IMG/VR virus record: IMGVR_UViG_3300029705_000041 | Direction: 5' to 3' (one strand) | Source of the DNA: a virus | Taxonomy: Duplodnaviria; Caudoviricetes | Length of the DNA stretch: 64,000 bases | Shown: positions 29,401 through 38,914 of the stretch, in pieces | Layout of the letters: each line of letters starts with the position of its first letter | Numbering within the stretch: the first letter of the stretch is position 1 | Program-made: the position numbers and the translations under genes | The notes under the pieces: model-generated | What the model was told of the DNA's origin: nothing | Seen by the model: the letters and a program-made list of their open reading frames with translations, nothing else | Databases searched by the model: none

Positions 29401-31416
29401 AATAATACTTGCTTGTTGAATATCAGTAAGTCCGCCCCATTTTTGAGCTAATTCATCTAATATCTGATATGTAGACTTAAATTCATCTTTATTTTTCATT
29501 ATGTCTACACCAGACAAAGCTTTTATCTCTTTTTGGAGTTTGGCTGTAGATTCAGCCATACCTTCGGTAGATTCTCCAGCTTCTTCCAGTTCTGTCTTTG
29601 CACCTCTGATACGCATTGAAATTGTTTTAAATGCAGTACCGACTTTTTCAGGATTTTGTACAACCGTGTTTGCAGCAGTTATTAAGGCAATTGTTTCATC
29701 AATAGTATTTCCGGCAGCTGCCATTGAAGAAGCGGAACGCTTCATCGCTTCACCTATACCACCAGATGAAATTGCAAAATTGTTACCAACTTCATTGAAT
29801 TTATCTACTATACTAATTGAATCATTAGCGTTAATATTAAATGCCTTCATAGTAGAAATAATACTTTCGGTTGCTACATCGACATTTTCAATTTCGTCAC
29901 CAACAACCGCATAAATATTTGCTACTTCTGCAAGCTTTTGTGATTCTTCAAAATTATATCCAAGTCGTGCAAAATCGGCGGTAGAAGATACTAACCCAGT
30001 AATAGTTGTACCTATCTCTTGCGCCTTTTTATTTGTTCCCTTTAAAAATGTGTTATAAGATTCATCAGTTTCATTAGTAACCTTTTTAAGCTCAACCATT
30101 GCTGAATCTATATTAACAACATTTTGGTACATATCCTTTAAACCACGAATAGCTGTATAAAAAACAGTTGATGCAGATATGTATTTTCCAATACTTGCAA
30201 ATGAGTCCTTAAATGTAGAACCCCATGTCTTTCCAGTTTTTCCGGAAGCAACGGCGGCTTGCACTGTAGAATTAAATTCTTGTTCTATAGCATTTACCGA
30301 TGATATGGGAACCGGTGAACCAGAACCAGCTAATGCTGCTAACTTAGCTCTTAATTCGTCTAAGCTTTTTCCATAGGTTTTTGCAGCTTTTGTGTTCTTT
30401 TCCATCCAAGTAGCTATCTTATTATCTAATGTAGATATTTGTAAACTGCTTGCGAATGTTTCACTTTCAGAGGAAATTGTCGAAAGACCATTTTTAATTT
30501 TTTTCAGTGTAGCATTGAATTTATCGTAGTTTGCGACTAATTCATCAACATCACTTGAATTTCCCAATTTAGCTTGTAATTGATTTAATGCTTCAATATC
30601 AGCTTTAACTTCTGTAAGTTTACTATGTCCGGTTGTCGCTAATCTTTCATACTCTTTAGTAACTTTAGCAATAGAAGAAGAAAGTGAGCCATCAGACACT
30701 TTGACATTAATAGCCTCAACTAATCTTCTCTTTGTGTCTTGTGCTTTTGCATCCAATTGTGATAATTGGTTTTGCATATCTTTTAAAGAGTTGCTTAATT
30801 GAGATGACTGAACACCGTCAATTTTACCTTTTAAAGACGTTTTTAATCTATTATATTGAGATTCTAAATCTTTAAATTGTGCTGTAAGCTGTGAGATTTC
30901 AGCAGCATTTTTTGATGCATCTAGTCCATTAATTTTTAATTGGATTTTTCCCATTTGACTGACGATTTCTTTAAGTCTCATAAAACTTCTTTCAAGTTTT
31001 TCAACACCTTTTGCATCAGCAGCTTTAGCATTTAAAGTGGCAATTTTGGCAGTTGCATTATCAAAACCTTTTGCCAAATTATCTAATTGAGATGTAGAAA
31101 GCTTTCTGCCAACAGTAGAATGCAAATTATTATAATCAGTCATAAGCCTATTTAACTGACCGCTTAATGCTGATATTTGTGCTTTGTCTTTATTTGCATC
31201 TAATCCTGCAAGTTTAACCCTTGTTGAATTTATCCTTTTCTGCAAGCTAAGTAAATCACTATAAGCAGATTTAACATGATTAATTTCTTTTGCAGCAGAT
31301 GTATCAACAGTGATTACAAACTTTCTTTTTGAAATCATAGATTCCAATTGAGATAATTGAGATGGTATTTTAGAAGTGTCTAATTGGGCGGTGACTTTCG
31401 CTGTAAAATCTGACAT
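23479..31416 (-). CDS. Tail tape measure protein (TP901-type core)
   Basis: 2645 aa, largely helical; IDSAMVELKKVT, FARLGY, NEVGNNFAIS, VGTAFKTISMRIRG core; WWDAEE repeats. Confidence 0.92.
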   Translation of the reverse strand: MSDFTAKVTAQLDTSKIPSQLSQLESMISKRKFVITVDTSAAKEINHVKSAYSDLLSLQKRINSTRVKLAGLDANKDKAQISALSGQLNRLMTDYNNLHSTVGRKLSTSQLDNLAKGFDNATAKIATLNAKAADAKGVEKLERSFMRLKEIVSQMGKIQLKINGLDASKNAAEISQLTAQFKDLESQYNRLKTSLKGKIDGVQSSQLSNSLKDMQNQLSQLDAKAQDTKRRLVEAINVKVSDGSLSSSIAKVTKEYERLATTGHSKLTEVKADIEALNQLQAKLGNSSDVDELVANYDKFNATLKKIKNGLSTISSESETFASSLQISTLDNKIATWMEKNTKAAKTYGKSLDELRAKLAALAGSGSPVPISSVNAIEQEFNSTVQAAVASGKTGKTWGSTFKDSFASIGKYISASTVFYTAIRGLKDMYQNVVNIDSAMVELKKVTNETDESYNTFLKGTNKKAQEIGTTITGLVSSTADFARLGYNFEESQKLAEVANIYAVVGDEIENVDVATESIISTMKAFNINANDSISIVDKFNEVGNNFAISSGGIGEAMKRSASSMAAAGNTIDETIALITAANTVVQNPEKVGTAFKTISMRIRGAKTELEEAGESTEGMAESTAKLQKEIKALSGVDIMKNKDEFKSTYQILDELAQKWGGLTDIQQASIIELLAGKHQGNVMASLMNNFDEAREALAVSMGSDGSAMKEHEKWLDSVEAKQLQLKAAWEGLSQDFLSADFVKFGVDALRGIVNGVDAVVNALGSFGTVLAGAGAFGLKKFIGAKGLGGLVSVLGAIPVPALAAVAAITAIGVAIYKTKKHSDDLKIGATLAEDTEQIKEHSDRIVELNNLMSEVKALELIINTPSSTQEQIDSAKARLEEIAALVNDKYELNIEANTGELKKTINLLSVTERGEMISDVEDYFSKLDATDYSNAKKRLSSDKQRYTDLTQILGDIQSLGSNYGRLDSITDLDLRASQEYKLKQDAKEIYANIEKMGYGDLVHEYYDMMFGADALVIGNEISKLINDKKTGTIQKDETTVENFEKAVRDGTDILAQTLASDVLSGNSYGERTDIGFFEDYGKKLKEVGMNTDYISQKFAIAKQGTLDLNQAIQDGKLDSVVNDYIGFKETIGETSENAVRGAALLKRGFTEATQVTGDSINAVYKDMRDLGESEGVQDFVKNAIEGTSIYASGFNSLQDVIAAGDVGINKFLNSAKGLYEYEGLFTDDMGLEQKEEQLSNFAHQIGLIPEDKEVKINVDTGEVSVITNFTKQINDVWGGGDKTLNVKVNTEVDGDDIDDYTDKVEALNNKDCKITFNADGSPARAVIDDVSYTLQDYDESTGTATLYAEDGNTIGTIDLVNGKIELLPESKIIEIKATYSGTSGIDEYAHSIDELRNYDNISFNIDVNGDAEVLNEAGNAIAKLKKDKDIVFHIDAEGNLEVINTLTKEIQVLDKEGNIKFNVYADVENLGAIEGLKGDLAELNGQECYVTLSADNTPVMAKIGETNFAISDYDAKAGTATLRAENGDAIATINLTTGAINAVPDKTANVNANVTGTGDVENLDSAIENTNSKAVTVSATTSGESALQGLKGLIDSIKSKVVSVVAKVFGGGDVDGTAHADGTAFAGGNVKHGNWGKKGSGIALGGELGEELVVRDGKFFTIGSDSAEFFTYRKDDIIFNAEQTKQIFEKGKITHGKRRGRAFSEGNVDIKPVSTSTDKSEKSQFELDYDYHQHLVNTEKETDKEYFDWLKSSYQNAYDTGQIELEEYYKYKEEVYEKSKSLFDDYINDIEHKITLINNQNSKIGLVDDTYLQNIENIYKELLSYNGDGKIDFTIRPKVDTSKLKNAGWQDVVDGEIATVFSSSFSNEDGSKTIVVTPILPNGEVLSPEQLEHYANELLIGNPIDVDINMGMFTGEDSITQAEQFANRIHKLHDEYFLTKKPSDQIIAYYRDIQEKVHAKAEEYRNNGLDDNSETIQELQELWWDAEENILKTITDVYEKAVSSIENTIELAKKHLKDFVTVYDDGSAEEFSGTIVSKYTNIQNKLHEEAEALRALGYAEDSEEIQDLQKQWWDAEENKNDSLREIFDRRLELSDDYIERSKLLGWENGDNEIKARERILAWMQSDYYRSLFESEEEWQEAYLEQYQNYRDTVLSTMDKIYNDYADKIGEINEEIDNQIVKEQALLDVKSKQYDAINKLTEAQHEADKAIADSRISKSYLSDYEYSLIYNEEDYTAVSKVIGDIDEDISLLTKNFNRQIKNAYANGQEYLIENITAEYERQVELKMQELAIAQAELEVTKKQTELNNVLAERNIRQLVERNGKLEWEWVADTDKVRAATEALSDAEYEYQKALDEKNQQINLNRMQENIDDFADEQERNNKLVEELGDTVDDVKKAIDDIENPIKNLGIDIDKLRRNNVASFSAAIDSMVAKLGNVAISSASSTKQTTSSNFQNKGYSYGSGGNSSSRVTYDSSIDYMAQAQSAISRGDDASAQKYLEKRNAKIDGEGLSYKKESLSDVKKKMGYASGTMNATKGWHEVDENGGETYITTDGKFHNFSGGEVVFTAEQTKILHDLANQSSHNYLNKSILKSGNKVSETPELLQTMQNYYDSNDTSFGDAHITINNPANFDEFTRRLINEFKKKK

Positions 31417-31508
31417 TTATTTTCCTCCTTTCTTGGTTATTTATTGCATAAAAAAATTGCCCTTTCAGGCAATAATAAAATAGGTTTTTTATTAAATTCG
31501 TACATTTA

Positions 31509-32561
31509 TTACAACTCCTGCAAAGAGGATTGTTTTACTTGTTTAATACCTTCAGCACCAAAATATTTTTCAAATTGTGCTTCTGCGGTTTGGTCATTAT
31601 ATAAATGAACCATATCTGCTGATTCCCAACCTACAATATCTTGAATAACACTATCAGGCAGATTAGATTCAGATAATTTAGTTGTAAAATAATGCCTTAG
31701 ACTATGCCAATAAAAAGATTTATTTAACATTCTTGAAAATGTTCTAGCCCAAGAATCCAATAATACAACATCTGTTTGTTCATCTAACCATTCTCCGTCT
31801 TTATATTTAGGGAATAACCATTCACTTGTTATACCAAGTTCTTTTCTTTGAGCCAACCATAAATCTAAATATGGTTGAAATGGTTTTGCAAGTGTATATA
31901 CATCAAGTAATTTTCCTCTTGAACCTCTACCTTTTGTCATCATTTTCTCCGGAGTTTTATATAATGCTCCTTCGCATATCAAATTTTCTTTATCAAAATA
32001 TGAAACTTTAAATCTCGGTAATTCAGCTTTACGTCTGCCGCTATTAATAGCTAACGATAAAGCACAAGCTTTCATATATTGTCTTTTTTCAACGAGCGTA
32101 TTAAGCAATGGTATTAAATCATCTTCTTGAAAGACTGTTTTTACTCTAACAGCTGTATCTGCCGGAGATTCTATTTTTCTTACAATAGGTTTATATCCTT
32201 CAAATTCATCATCTAAAATATTTTCTATGTAATTACTTAGAGAAGAAATAGTGGCTTTAACAGTTCTAATTCTTTTTGGAGACCATTGCCAAACATTAAT
32301 AGCATGGCTCTGAAACTTTGAAATTTCACGTTTAGTTAATTCTACAAAAAACTTATTGTTATTAAATTCCAAATTCCAACACCAAAAAACATGAAGATTT
32401 GCTTTATATTGCTTAATAGTTCCTTTTGACCTATCTATAGAAGTTAAATATTCTAAAAAATCATTTTCTAATTCTATATTTTCTGGATTAACCTGTTTTA
32501 ACTTATCTTCGGAAGTAATATCATTATATACAGTAGTTCTTCCTTCTTTTTGATTAGCCAT
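31509..32561 (-). CDS. Tyrosine recombinase (YomM-like position)
   Basis: SGRRKAEL, HSLRHYF, VGW.S..MV..Y catalytic set. Confidence 0.9.
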   Translation of the reverse strand: MANQKEGRTTVYNDITSEDKLKQVNPENIELENDFLEYLTSIDRSKGTIKQYKANLHVFWCWNLEFNNNKFFVELTKREISKFQSHAINVWQWSPKRIRTVKATISSLSNYIENILDDEFEGYKPIVRKIESPADTAVRVKTVFQEDDLIPLLNTLVEKRQYMKACALSLAINSGRRKAELPRFKVSYFDKENLICEGALYKTPEKMMTKGRGSRGKLLDVYTLAKPFQPYLDLWLAQRKELGITSEWLFPKYKDGEWLDEQTDVVLLDSWARTFSRMLNKSFYWHSLRHYFTTKLSESNLPDSVIQDIVGWESADMVHLYNDQTAEAQFEKYFGAEGIKQVKQSSLQEL

Positions 32562-32581
32562 AAAATCACTTCCTTTGTTAT

Positions 32582-32974
32582 TTAACGAAAGAATCTTTTC
32601 ATAGTTTTCTCAAAAGTCTTTTTCATTCTCTTTTCGGAATTCGCCCAAAATTTAGGTTTACCCAAAATTCCTGCTGTGTGTGCTTCCGCATTTGTTAAAA
32701 CATCACTCATACTAAATGTACCAGTTCTATATCCACGTGACTTATCCAAATATGCATCAAATGATATTTGTGTACCACCAACCGATAGGGGAGAAACTTT
32801 AGGCGTACTTCCCAAAGTTCCGGTTCTTTTATACATTTTTGGACTACCTTGTGAGTAAAAGGCGGCTGTTTCTTTTTGCATATCTGCAAGCATTAAAGAA
32901 GAAGCCTCACTCATTGCCGCTTGCAACTGGTTCATTAGCATACGATTGAGTTCACTCATATTCGTAGCAACCAT
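32582..32974 (-). CDS. HK97 gp10-like tail/neck protein
   Basis: Y....P..YKRTG.L motif; position. Confidence 0.5.
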   Translation of the reverse strand: MVATNMSELNRMLMNQLQAAMSEASSLMLADMQKETAAFYSQGSPKMYKRTGTLGSTPKVSPLSVGGTQISFDAYLDKSRGYRTGTFSMSDVLTNAEAHTAGILGKPKFWANSEKRMKKTFEKTMKRFFR

Positions 32975-32996
32975 TTACAAACTCTCCTATACAAAA

Positions 32997-33554
32997 TTAA
33001 TCTTCTTCTGACTTTTCAATTGCAACAACATCTTTAAAACGCTGTGATTGTGCATAAGCTTCAACAATTGTTTCTGAATTAATTTGATTGTTTGACATTT
33101 TATTTGCTATATCAACTATAGTATTTAGTGTGTCTCCGCTAACTGTTGAATTAAATGATTCAACAAAATTCATAACTGCCTTATAAATAATATCAACTGT
33201 GTTTTCTAAGGAAGTTTTCTTATATTCAACAATATCTAAAGCTTGTCTATACGCATTTCCAAAATTAAAGTCCATACCTTTGACCATTAAGGCAGAATTG
33301 AAAGCGTCTATAAAATCTTTATCCGCAACAATTTCTTTCATATCAGTCGCATCGAAAATATCATGTCCGTATTCTTCGTCATACTTACTTTCTTTTACAC
33401 ATAAGTTGTAGAAAATTCTCATTGCATTTAAAATACCAATATGCGGCTGATACTTTCCGTCAATATTAAAATATTCAAGTGCAATATCATTTACTGTTTG
33501 CAAATATTCAAACATTTCTAATTCAGTATTTATTACCATTTGTTTATTTTCCAT
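32997..33554 (-). CDS. Putative tail assembly chaperone
   Basis: Acidic helical ORF between tail tube and tape measure genes. Confidence 0.4.
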   Translation of the reverse strand: MENKQMVINTELEMFEYLQTVNDIALEYFNIDGKYQPHIGILNAMRIFYNLCVKESKYDEEYGHDIFDATDMKEIVADKDFIDAFNSALMVKGMDFNFGNAYRQALDIVEYKKTSLENTVDIIYKAVMNFVESFNSTVSGDTLNTIVDIANKMSNNQINSETIVEAYAQSQRFKDVVAIEKSEED

Positions 33555-33592
33555 AAATATAATCCTCCAATATTCTTATTTTTTAAATCAAA

Positions 33593-34111
33593 CTAATTCT
33601 TTCTCATTTCAGCCATAAAATAATCTAAATCATAGGTAAATCGTGTTCTTGCCTTTTTTTGTGGGATGACAAAATAGGAAATATTATTATCTTCCAAATC
33701 TTTTAATGTAAAGCTTTTTTTATTAATTGCAACCATAATCTTATTAAAATTTTCAATTGTAATAAAAATAGTTTTTTCTAAGGCTCTAAATTCGATAATA
33801 AATCCAGCAATAATTCCATCATATTTTTGCCAATCATTTAAACCTTTTATTTGATGGCTATGTATTTCTCCGTGTTCATCTTTTGTGCGTTCAAAAGAAA
33901 TTGATTTTCCTAATACCGTTTTAGCTTCGAGTGCAAATAATATATGTCCAACTGAATCCCATAATAAAAAATCAAAAGGGTTTTTGGCACTGAATCTTAA
34001 TAAATTACTACCACCAAAAGACTGTGCGGCATCCGGTAAACGGTAGAGTAGGGAGTAGTGGGGCGCAGACTTTTTTAGTTGTTCTTCAAAAATCTTTCCT
34101 ACATTTTTCAT
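33593..34111 (-). CDS. recU: Holliday junction resolvase, RecU-like
   Basis: N.GK.FE, PFDF, ALEAKT...SISF, HQI..L motifs. Confidence 0.85.
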   Translation of the reverse strand: MKNVGKIFEEQLKKSAPHYSLLYRLPDAAQSFGGSNLLRFSAKNPFDFLLWDSVGHILFALEAKTVLGKSISFERTKDEHGEIHSHQIKGLNDWQKYDGIIAGFIIEFRALEKTIFITIENFNKIMVAINKKSFTLKDLEDNNISYFVIPQKKARTRFTYDLDYFMAEMRKN

Positions 34112-34126
34112 TTTTTATATCAACCT

Positions 34127-34354
34127 TTATTTTAGTCGGTTATTCATCCATCTTTTATAAACAAAATTTGTTTCATTCTTTAAGAACCAAGCTGTAATTT
34201 GCCCTGGCTTTCCTTCTTTTTCCCATACAAATTTTGGCTGACAGCCATAACGAGTGTAAAAAATGATTTGTTTAAGACAATCAATGGGAATAAGATTTTC
34301 TCTGCCATAACAATCAATAGCTTCATCTAAAGAAATAAAATTGATATTTTTCAT
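34127..34354 (-). CDS. Small phage protein (DUF5659-like)
   Basis: GGAGA RBS before ATG34354; Q..FY...G.QP motif. Confidence 0.55.
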   Translation of the reverse strand: MKNINFISLDEAIDCYGRENLIPIDCLKQIIFYTRYGCQPKFVWEKEGKPGQITAWFLKNETNFVYKRWMNNRLK

Positions 34355-34460
34355 TTTTACTTTCTCCAATCTGTATTGAGCGCAAAAATAAAGGGAGAAT
34401 GATAAATAACAAAAAAGTATTGTAAATATCAATCTCCCTTAATTTTAAACTACAATACAA

Positions 34461-34742
34461 CTAAATGTTATTTTCTTCATTTTCAAACTTATCAGTATTT
34501 TTAACTTCTAAATTTTCTCTAATCTCAATAGTTGTTTTCTTATTTCCGCTTTTCTTTTTTTCTTTAAAAGCAGGTTCTTCAATTTTTGTATCATCATCAA
34601 CAATGAAATATTTACCGTCATCAAAACATACTTTTAACATTGTTGCTTCTTTGTTTATTGCCGGAAACTGAATATGTTTATCGCCAAATAGTACAACGGT
34701 TACTAATTCATTATTGAGAGTAACTAAACATTCTTGAATCAT
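34461..34742 (-). CDS. Hypothetical protein
   Basis: ORF with GGAGTG RBS. Confidence 0.6.
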   Translation of the reverse strand: MIQECLVTLNNELVTVVLFGDKHIQFPAINKEATMLKVCFDDGKYFIVDDDTKIEEPAFKEKKKSGNKKTTIEIRENLEVKNTDKFENEENNI

Positions 34743-34773
34743 ATTTAATTACACTCCTAACTTTAAAAGTTTA

Positions 34774-35526
34774 TTATTCAGCATCCTCTGTTAATTCAAC
34801 CATGTCAAATACATTGCCATCTTTGTCCTCTAATAAGTCAAAGTTCAATGTTACAGTTGCAGGGTCTCCTTCAGATGAGAAAGAAAGACTAAAATCTCTC
34901 TTAATAGCCGCTCTATATGCAGTCATTACGAAAGGTGTTAAAACATCATTTTCGTCTTTGTCAAGAGTTTTTTGTGTAATGTAATAATCTTTAGGCAACT
35001 TTTTATTGTTAAATGTAATCTTCTTTACACCCGTTCTGTTAATAACATAACCAATAGTGTAAGAAGCGTCACTTTTAATATCTTCACTTGTTGTCGCAGT
35101 GAATGTATTGTCGGCAAAAGTACCCTCAATTAATGCTGTTTCGTTACCGAACTCATCTTCTGGATATACGAATACTGTGCCAGCTTCGATAGTTCCACCA
35201 GTTGGGACTTCAACAGTTAAAGAACCAGCGGCTGTTGCTTTGATTGTTTGTTTATCTGCATATGCAGCAGTTGTTTCAATCACACCATCAGAAAGCAATG
35301 CAAAGAATTTAAAAGGATATACCTGTGCTTCGATAGACATTGTACCATCAAGTGGATTAGGAAACGCAATCTTTTTAGAACCCTTTGCCATCGCAAAGGT
35401 TGTATCTGCACTTAAACCTGCTGTTGTTGTGTTCGCTGTTTCAAAATTAAGAAAAGGAGCCTTTGTTTTCGCAATACGAATATCAACATCGCAAGTTTGT
35501 CTGTTAGCTTTATTTAATTCAGCCAT
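34774..35526 (-). CDS. Major tail (tube) protein
   Basis: Siphophage tube-like sequence ending FSSEGDPATV.L.FD; position. Confidence 0.75.
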   Translation of the reverse strand: MAELNKANRQTCDVDIRIAKTKAPFLNFETANTTTAGLSADTTFAMAKGSKKIAFPNPLDGTMSIEAQVYPFKFFALLSDGVIETTAAYADKQTIKATAAGSLTVEVPTGGTIEAGTVFVYPEDEFGNETALIEGTFADNTFTATTSEDIKSDASYTIGYVINRTGVKKITFNNKKLPKDYYITQKTLDKDENDVLTPFVMTAYRAAIKRDFSLSFSSEGDPATVTLNFDLLEDKDGNVFDMVELTEDAE

Positions 35527-35574
35527 TAAAAATTCCTCCTTAAAATAAAAAACCAGCTATTGAGGCTGGTTAAT

Positions 35575-36354
35575 CTAATCTTTTATAATATTTTTGTACC
35601 ACATTGATATATCAAATGTATTTTCTTTGTCTCCCCAAACTGAAACTTTTCTCTTATTTATTTGATATATTTCATTTATTTGCAAACGATTGAAACTATC
35701 ATATAATTGAAATAACGTCATATTCCACACAGTAATAGGGCTGATAGTGGGATGTTTGTTTGAAACTGCTGATATTATATTAGGTAAAGTTAATTTATCT
35801 TTATCTTTTATATCTTGTTTTTTATCTTTTTGATTCATCTTTTCAAACAATTTCTGCGCTATTTTATTCTTGAATTTTATTTTTTTATCTTCTTTTTCGG
35901 CTATACAACAAATTTGTTGTAAGATATTTAAGACAATATTAAATGTAGATTTATTAATTATTCCTTTAATTTTTTCATCTGTAATTTCTTCTGCATAAAC
36001 AATACTTTCATTTAATAATATAAAAATATCATTTACAAAAATAACTTTTTCAAAAAAGAAAAAATCAAATATATTAGTGTACATTTCAATTAATTGATTA
36101 TCTGCAATTATTATATCATATAGTTCAATTTCGTCTTTTTGAGCTTCACTTAAAGATTCCCAATACTTTTGTTCTTCTTCATTTTTAAATTTGGTGTAAA
36201 TTAATTCTGGGGTCATTTTCAAAAAACCCTCATAAACAACAAATTTAGAAAAAGTCAAAGTAGCAATTTCTTTAAGTGTTGGATTTTTTATTGTACCGAT
36301 TGATAATTGAATCGGTACTGCACTTAATAAAGTGCCATAATCTATTTCTATCAT
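35575..36354 (-). CDS. Neck/tail protein (YomV-like position)
   Basis: PTLKEI, W.MTLFQLYD.F.RL motifs; SPbeta-like synteny. Confidence 0.55.
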   Translation of the reverse strand: MIEIDYGTLLSAVPIQLSIGTIKNPTLKEIATLTFSKFVVYEGFLKMTPELIYTKFKNEEEQKYWESLSEAQKDEIELYDIIIADNQLIEMYTNIFDFFFFEKVIFVNDIFILLNESIVYAEEITDEKIKGIINKSTFNIVLNILQQICCIAEKEDKKIKFKNKIAQKLFEKMNQKDKKQDIKDKDKLTLPNIISAVSNKHPTISPITVWNMTLFQLYDSFNRLQINEIYQINKRKVSVWGDKENTFDISMWYKNIIKD

Positions 36355-36839
36355 CTAAATGCTGGCACACTAAAAGTTAGTATGCTCCCATAGAATTTAT
36401 TAGAATTATAAATATTAAGACTTTCTAAAGAAAGCTTACCGATTCCAAAGCTGTTGGCAACTTCTTCATCGTTTATAAGAGAATCTTCAATCATTTGGGA
36501 AAGAATATCAGCTCTGTCTCCAAAATACCCTTCTTTTGAATAATCCTCTAAAATATCTCTATGACATATAGCAAACATAACAACTTGACAACTTTTAATA
36601 TTTGAATCTAAAACAGGAAAACTTATATCATAAAATATAAAAGTAGAAGTTTCTTCTATAGTATCATCTATAAATAAGTGAGATTTCACGTGTTCCTTAA
36701 AAGCAGTTCGTAATTCTTTTGAACTCATGCTACTTGTATCTCCCAAAATCAACTCACGAAGGTTTTCATTCTTATATAAAGCTGCATGAATTTCTTTTTT
36801 GAACTTACCACGTTCAGCGGTTGTTTTTGTTCTTGCCAT
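36351..36839 (-). CDS. Putative tail terminator
   Basis: R.DIL...I...L...GIGKL pattern; position. Confidence 0.5.
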   Translation of the reverse strand: MARTKTTAERGKFKKEIHAALYKNENLRELILGDTSSMSSKELRTAFKEHVKSHLFIDDTIEETSTFIFYDISFPVLDSNIKSCQVVMFAICHRDILEDYSKEGYFGDRADILSQMIEDSLINDEEVANSFGIGKLSLESLNIYNSNKFYGSILTFSVPAFR

Positions 36840-36855
36840 TATTCATTTACCCCCC

Positions 36856-37935
36856 TTATAAGAATGCCTTAATCGCAATTGTAATAGAAGTAGACTCATA
36901 ACCCTCACTACTTAAAAATAGTTCAAATGATTTATTGACTAATTTTTCGTTATCAACAGAAATCAAAATTGAATTCTCAACATAATCAATGTTTATATCG
37001 TCAAGAAAATCACAAGATATTTGCCATTCTGGAGTTGCAGTTACTTCATTTCCTTCAGAATCATAAAATTTAGCTGTAAATATTCCGGCTTCAAGACCGT
37101 CATATATTTCATTTGACTCACAATCAATAGAACATGATAAAAATGTTGTTTTATCTATTTCCGGAGCGGGTAAATCGCAAAGCCAATAACCTTTTCCGTC
37201 AATTACATAATAACCATCAGATTTTCTTTTTTCGTCTTGTGTAACCATAAATTCTGAATGTCCACTATCTTGATAGTCAAATAGAATATTATCTGTTCTT
37301 GTAAATGAATAAATAATTAAAGGTTTATCTGTTTCTTTTAAAATACTTTCATCAAAACCTCTTTCGTATATTTTACAACGTTTATCAATTACAAATCTTT
37401 TACCGGTATCAAGTAATGTGCATTCATCATCATCCGGAGATAAAATAAGTAATTGGTCGCTTCGTAATGTATAATTTCGGCTGCCAGCTTCACCATTGTT
37501 ATACTGTGAAGCAGAAGTGATATTTACCCATCTTTGAACAATATCACCATTATCATTTAACCATGTCAAATAATAATTGCATAATGTCATAACAGCTTTC
37601 TCATACATACCATTATCATCTACAAGACCTATAATAAGCCAATATCTGTTTTTGTACTTAATATACATTCCAGCTTTACAAGTTCCAATTGGCACAAATA
37701 AGTGCCTTTGTAATGCCTTTAATTTAGTATCTTGAACTCTATTCTGGATGATTGCTTTCATTGGAGTACATACTGATAAATCATAATTACATAATTCTAC
37801 ATCTACAGCAATGCTGCTTTCCAATGCTTCTGCAAATCCTTCTTCTGCAAAATCGTCTAATGCATCATTTTCATAACCACTTAATTGACTGTGGGGGCTT
37901 TTCAATAAATACCATTCTTGTGCCACATTAATCAC
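36856..37935 (-). CDS. Putative head closure protein
   Basis: G.YI.Y....WLI, CN..L.W pattern; position; likely GTG start a few codons in. Confidence 0.55.
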   Translation of the reverse strand: MINVAQEWYLLKSPHSQLSGYENDALDDFAEEGFAEALESSIAVDVELCNYDLSVCTPMKAIIQNRVQDTKLKALQRHLFVPIGTCKAGMYIKYKNRYWLIIGLVDDNGMYEKAVMTLCNYYLTWLNDNGDIVQRWVNITSASQYNNGEAGSRNYTLRSDQLLILSPDDDECTLLDTGKRFVIDKRCKIYERGFDESILKETDKPLIIYSFTRTDNILFDYQDSGHSEFMVTQDEKRKSDGYYVIDGKGYWLCDLPAPEIDKTTFLSCSIDCESNEIYDGLEAGIFTAKFYDSEGNEVTATPEWQISCDFLDDINIDYVENSILISVDNEKLVNKSFELFLSSEGYESTSITIAIKAFL

Positions 37936-37941
37936 CTATCC

Positions 37942-38334
37942 TTATACATAAGCGGTAGGCAATTGATTTGAAATCATTTCCGAAGATTTTTCGCTATCAT
38001 AATTCAATTCTTCTCTTGCGGCAGTTTTAGAGCCATTATTTCCGTCTATGCTAATATCTTTTCCAACAATAGATACACGTTTATTAACTTTTGAAACTTC
38101 TCGTTCTTGATATGATTGCTTCATAAAAGCACCAAGCGTATCAATAATATATCTATCAAGTTTTTGGTCAAAAGAAAGTGTATCTGTATCAAAATTAAGT
38201 GGGTCTAGTTCAACGGAATATCTTCCAATTGCTTTTAATAACCATTCTAATTCGAGTTCTTCTGGGATAATACTTTTATCTTGAAAAGAAGCTTCAAAAC
38301 TTTTAAACACGTCTTGTGCTACTGTATTACCCAT
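37942..38334 (-). CDS. Putative head-tail adaptor
   Basis: Position after capsid genes; helical, 130 aa. Confidence 0.5.
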   Translation of the reverse strand: MGNTVAQDVFKSFEASFQDKSIIPEELELEWLLKAIGRYSVELDPLNFDTDTLSFDQKLDRYIIDTLGAFMKQSYQEREVSKVNKRVSIVGKDISIDGNNGSKTAAREELNYDSEKSSEMISNQLPTAYV

Positions 38335-38350
38335 AAAAACACCGCCTTAA

Positions 38351-38878
38351 TTACTGAACTTTATATCCAGTGTATTCTTCAATAAAACGAATTTTTGAAT
38401 AATCATTTAGCTTTAATCTTTTAATTGCTTCAATTACAGCAAACTTTTCAGCTCTTGTATAAATATCTTCTGTAAAACGCTTTTTAAATGCTTCTAATGA
38501 TTTAATTTCAAATAATTCGCTAACCTTAGAATCGGAAAATACATTTTGTGTAGTATTTTCGTTTTCAAATTCTACTTCTATTCTTGTAGCCTTATCGTCT
38601 ATATATAATGTAGCGTGGCTACCAACACCATCAACACCAGTAAATAACTTGTTGCCACTTTGAACTTGTCCAATTATCTCATTTCTTGATAATCTAACAC
38701 TTCCATTTGGAGCAATATTTACGTCACCGATACCTTCAACCTTTCTTGCAAAACCAGTATTCCATCCGGCAATACTTTTTACAGTTACTTTTGCATCAAG
38801 ATTTAATTCTTCATGAATTTCAGGTGTTGTATAATCTTCTGACTTTTTTGCAGACTTTTGTACTTTTGTTTCTGCCAT
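38351..38878 (-). CDS. Head-associated protein (YonA-like position)
   Basis: Synteny; L.DYSKI.FIE..TG C-terminus. Confidence 0.5.
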   Translation of the reverse strand: MAETKVQKSAKKSEDYTTPEIHEELNLDAKVTVKSIAGWNTGFARKVEGIGDVNIAPNGSVRLSRNEIIGQVQSGNKLFTGVDGVGSHATLYIDDKATRIEVEFENENTTQNVFSDSKVSELFEIKSLEAFKKRFTEDIYTRAEKFAVIEAIKRLKLNDYSKIRFIEEYTGYKVQ

Positions 38879-38914
38879 TTTTTCAATACCTCATTTCAAC
38901 TATTTTTAATGATT

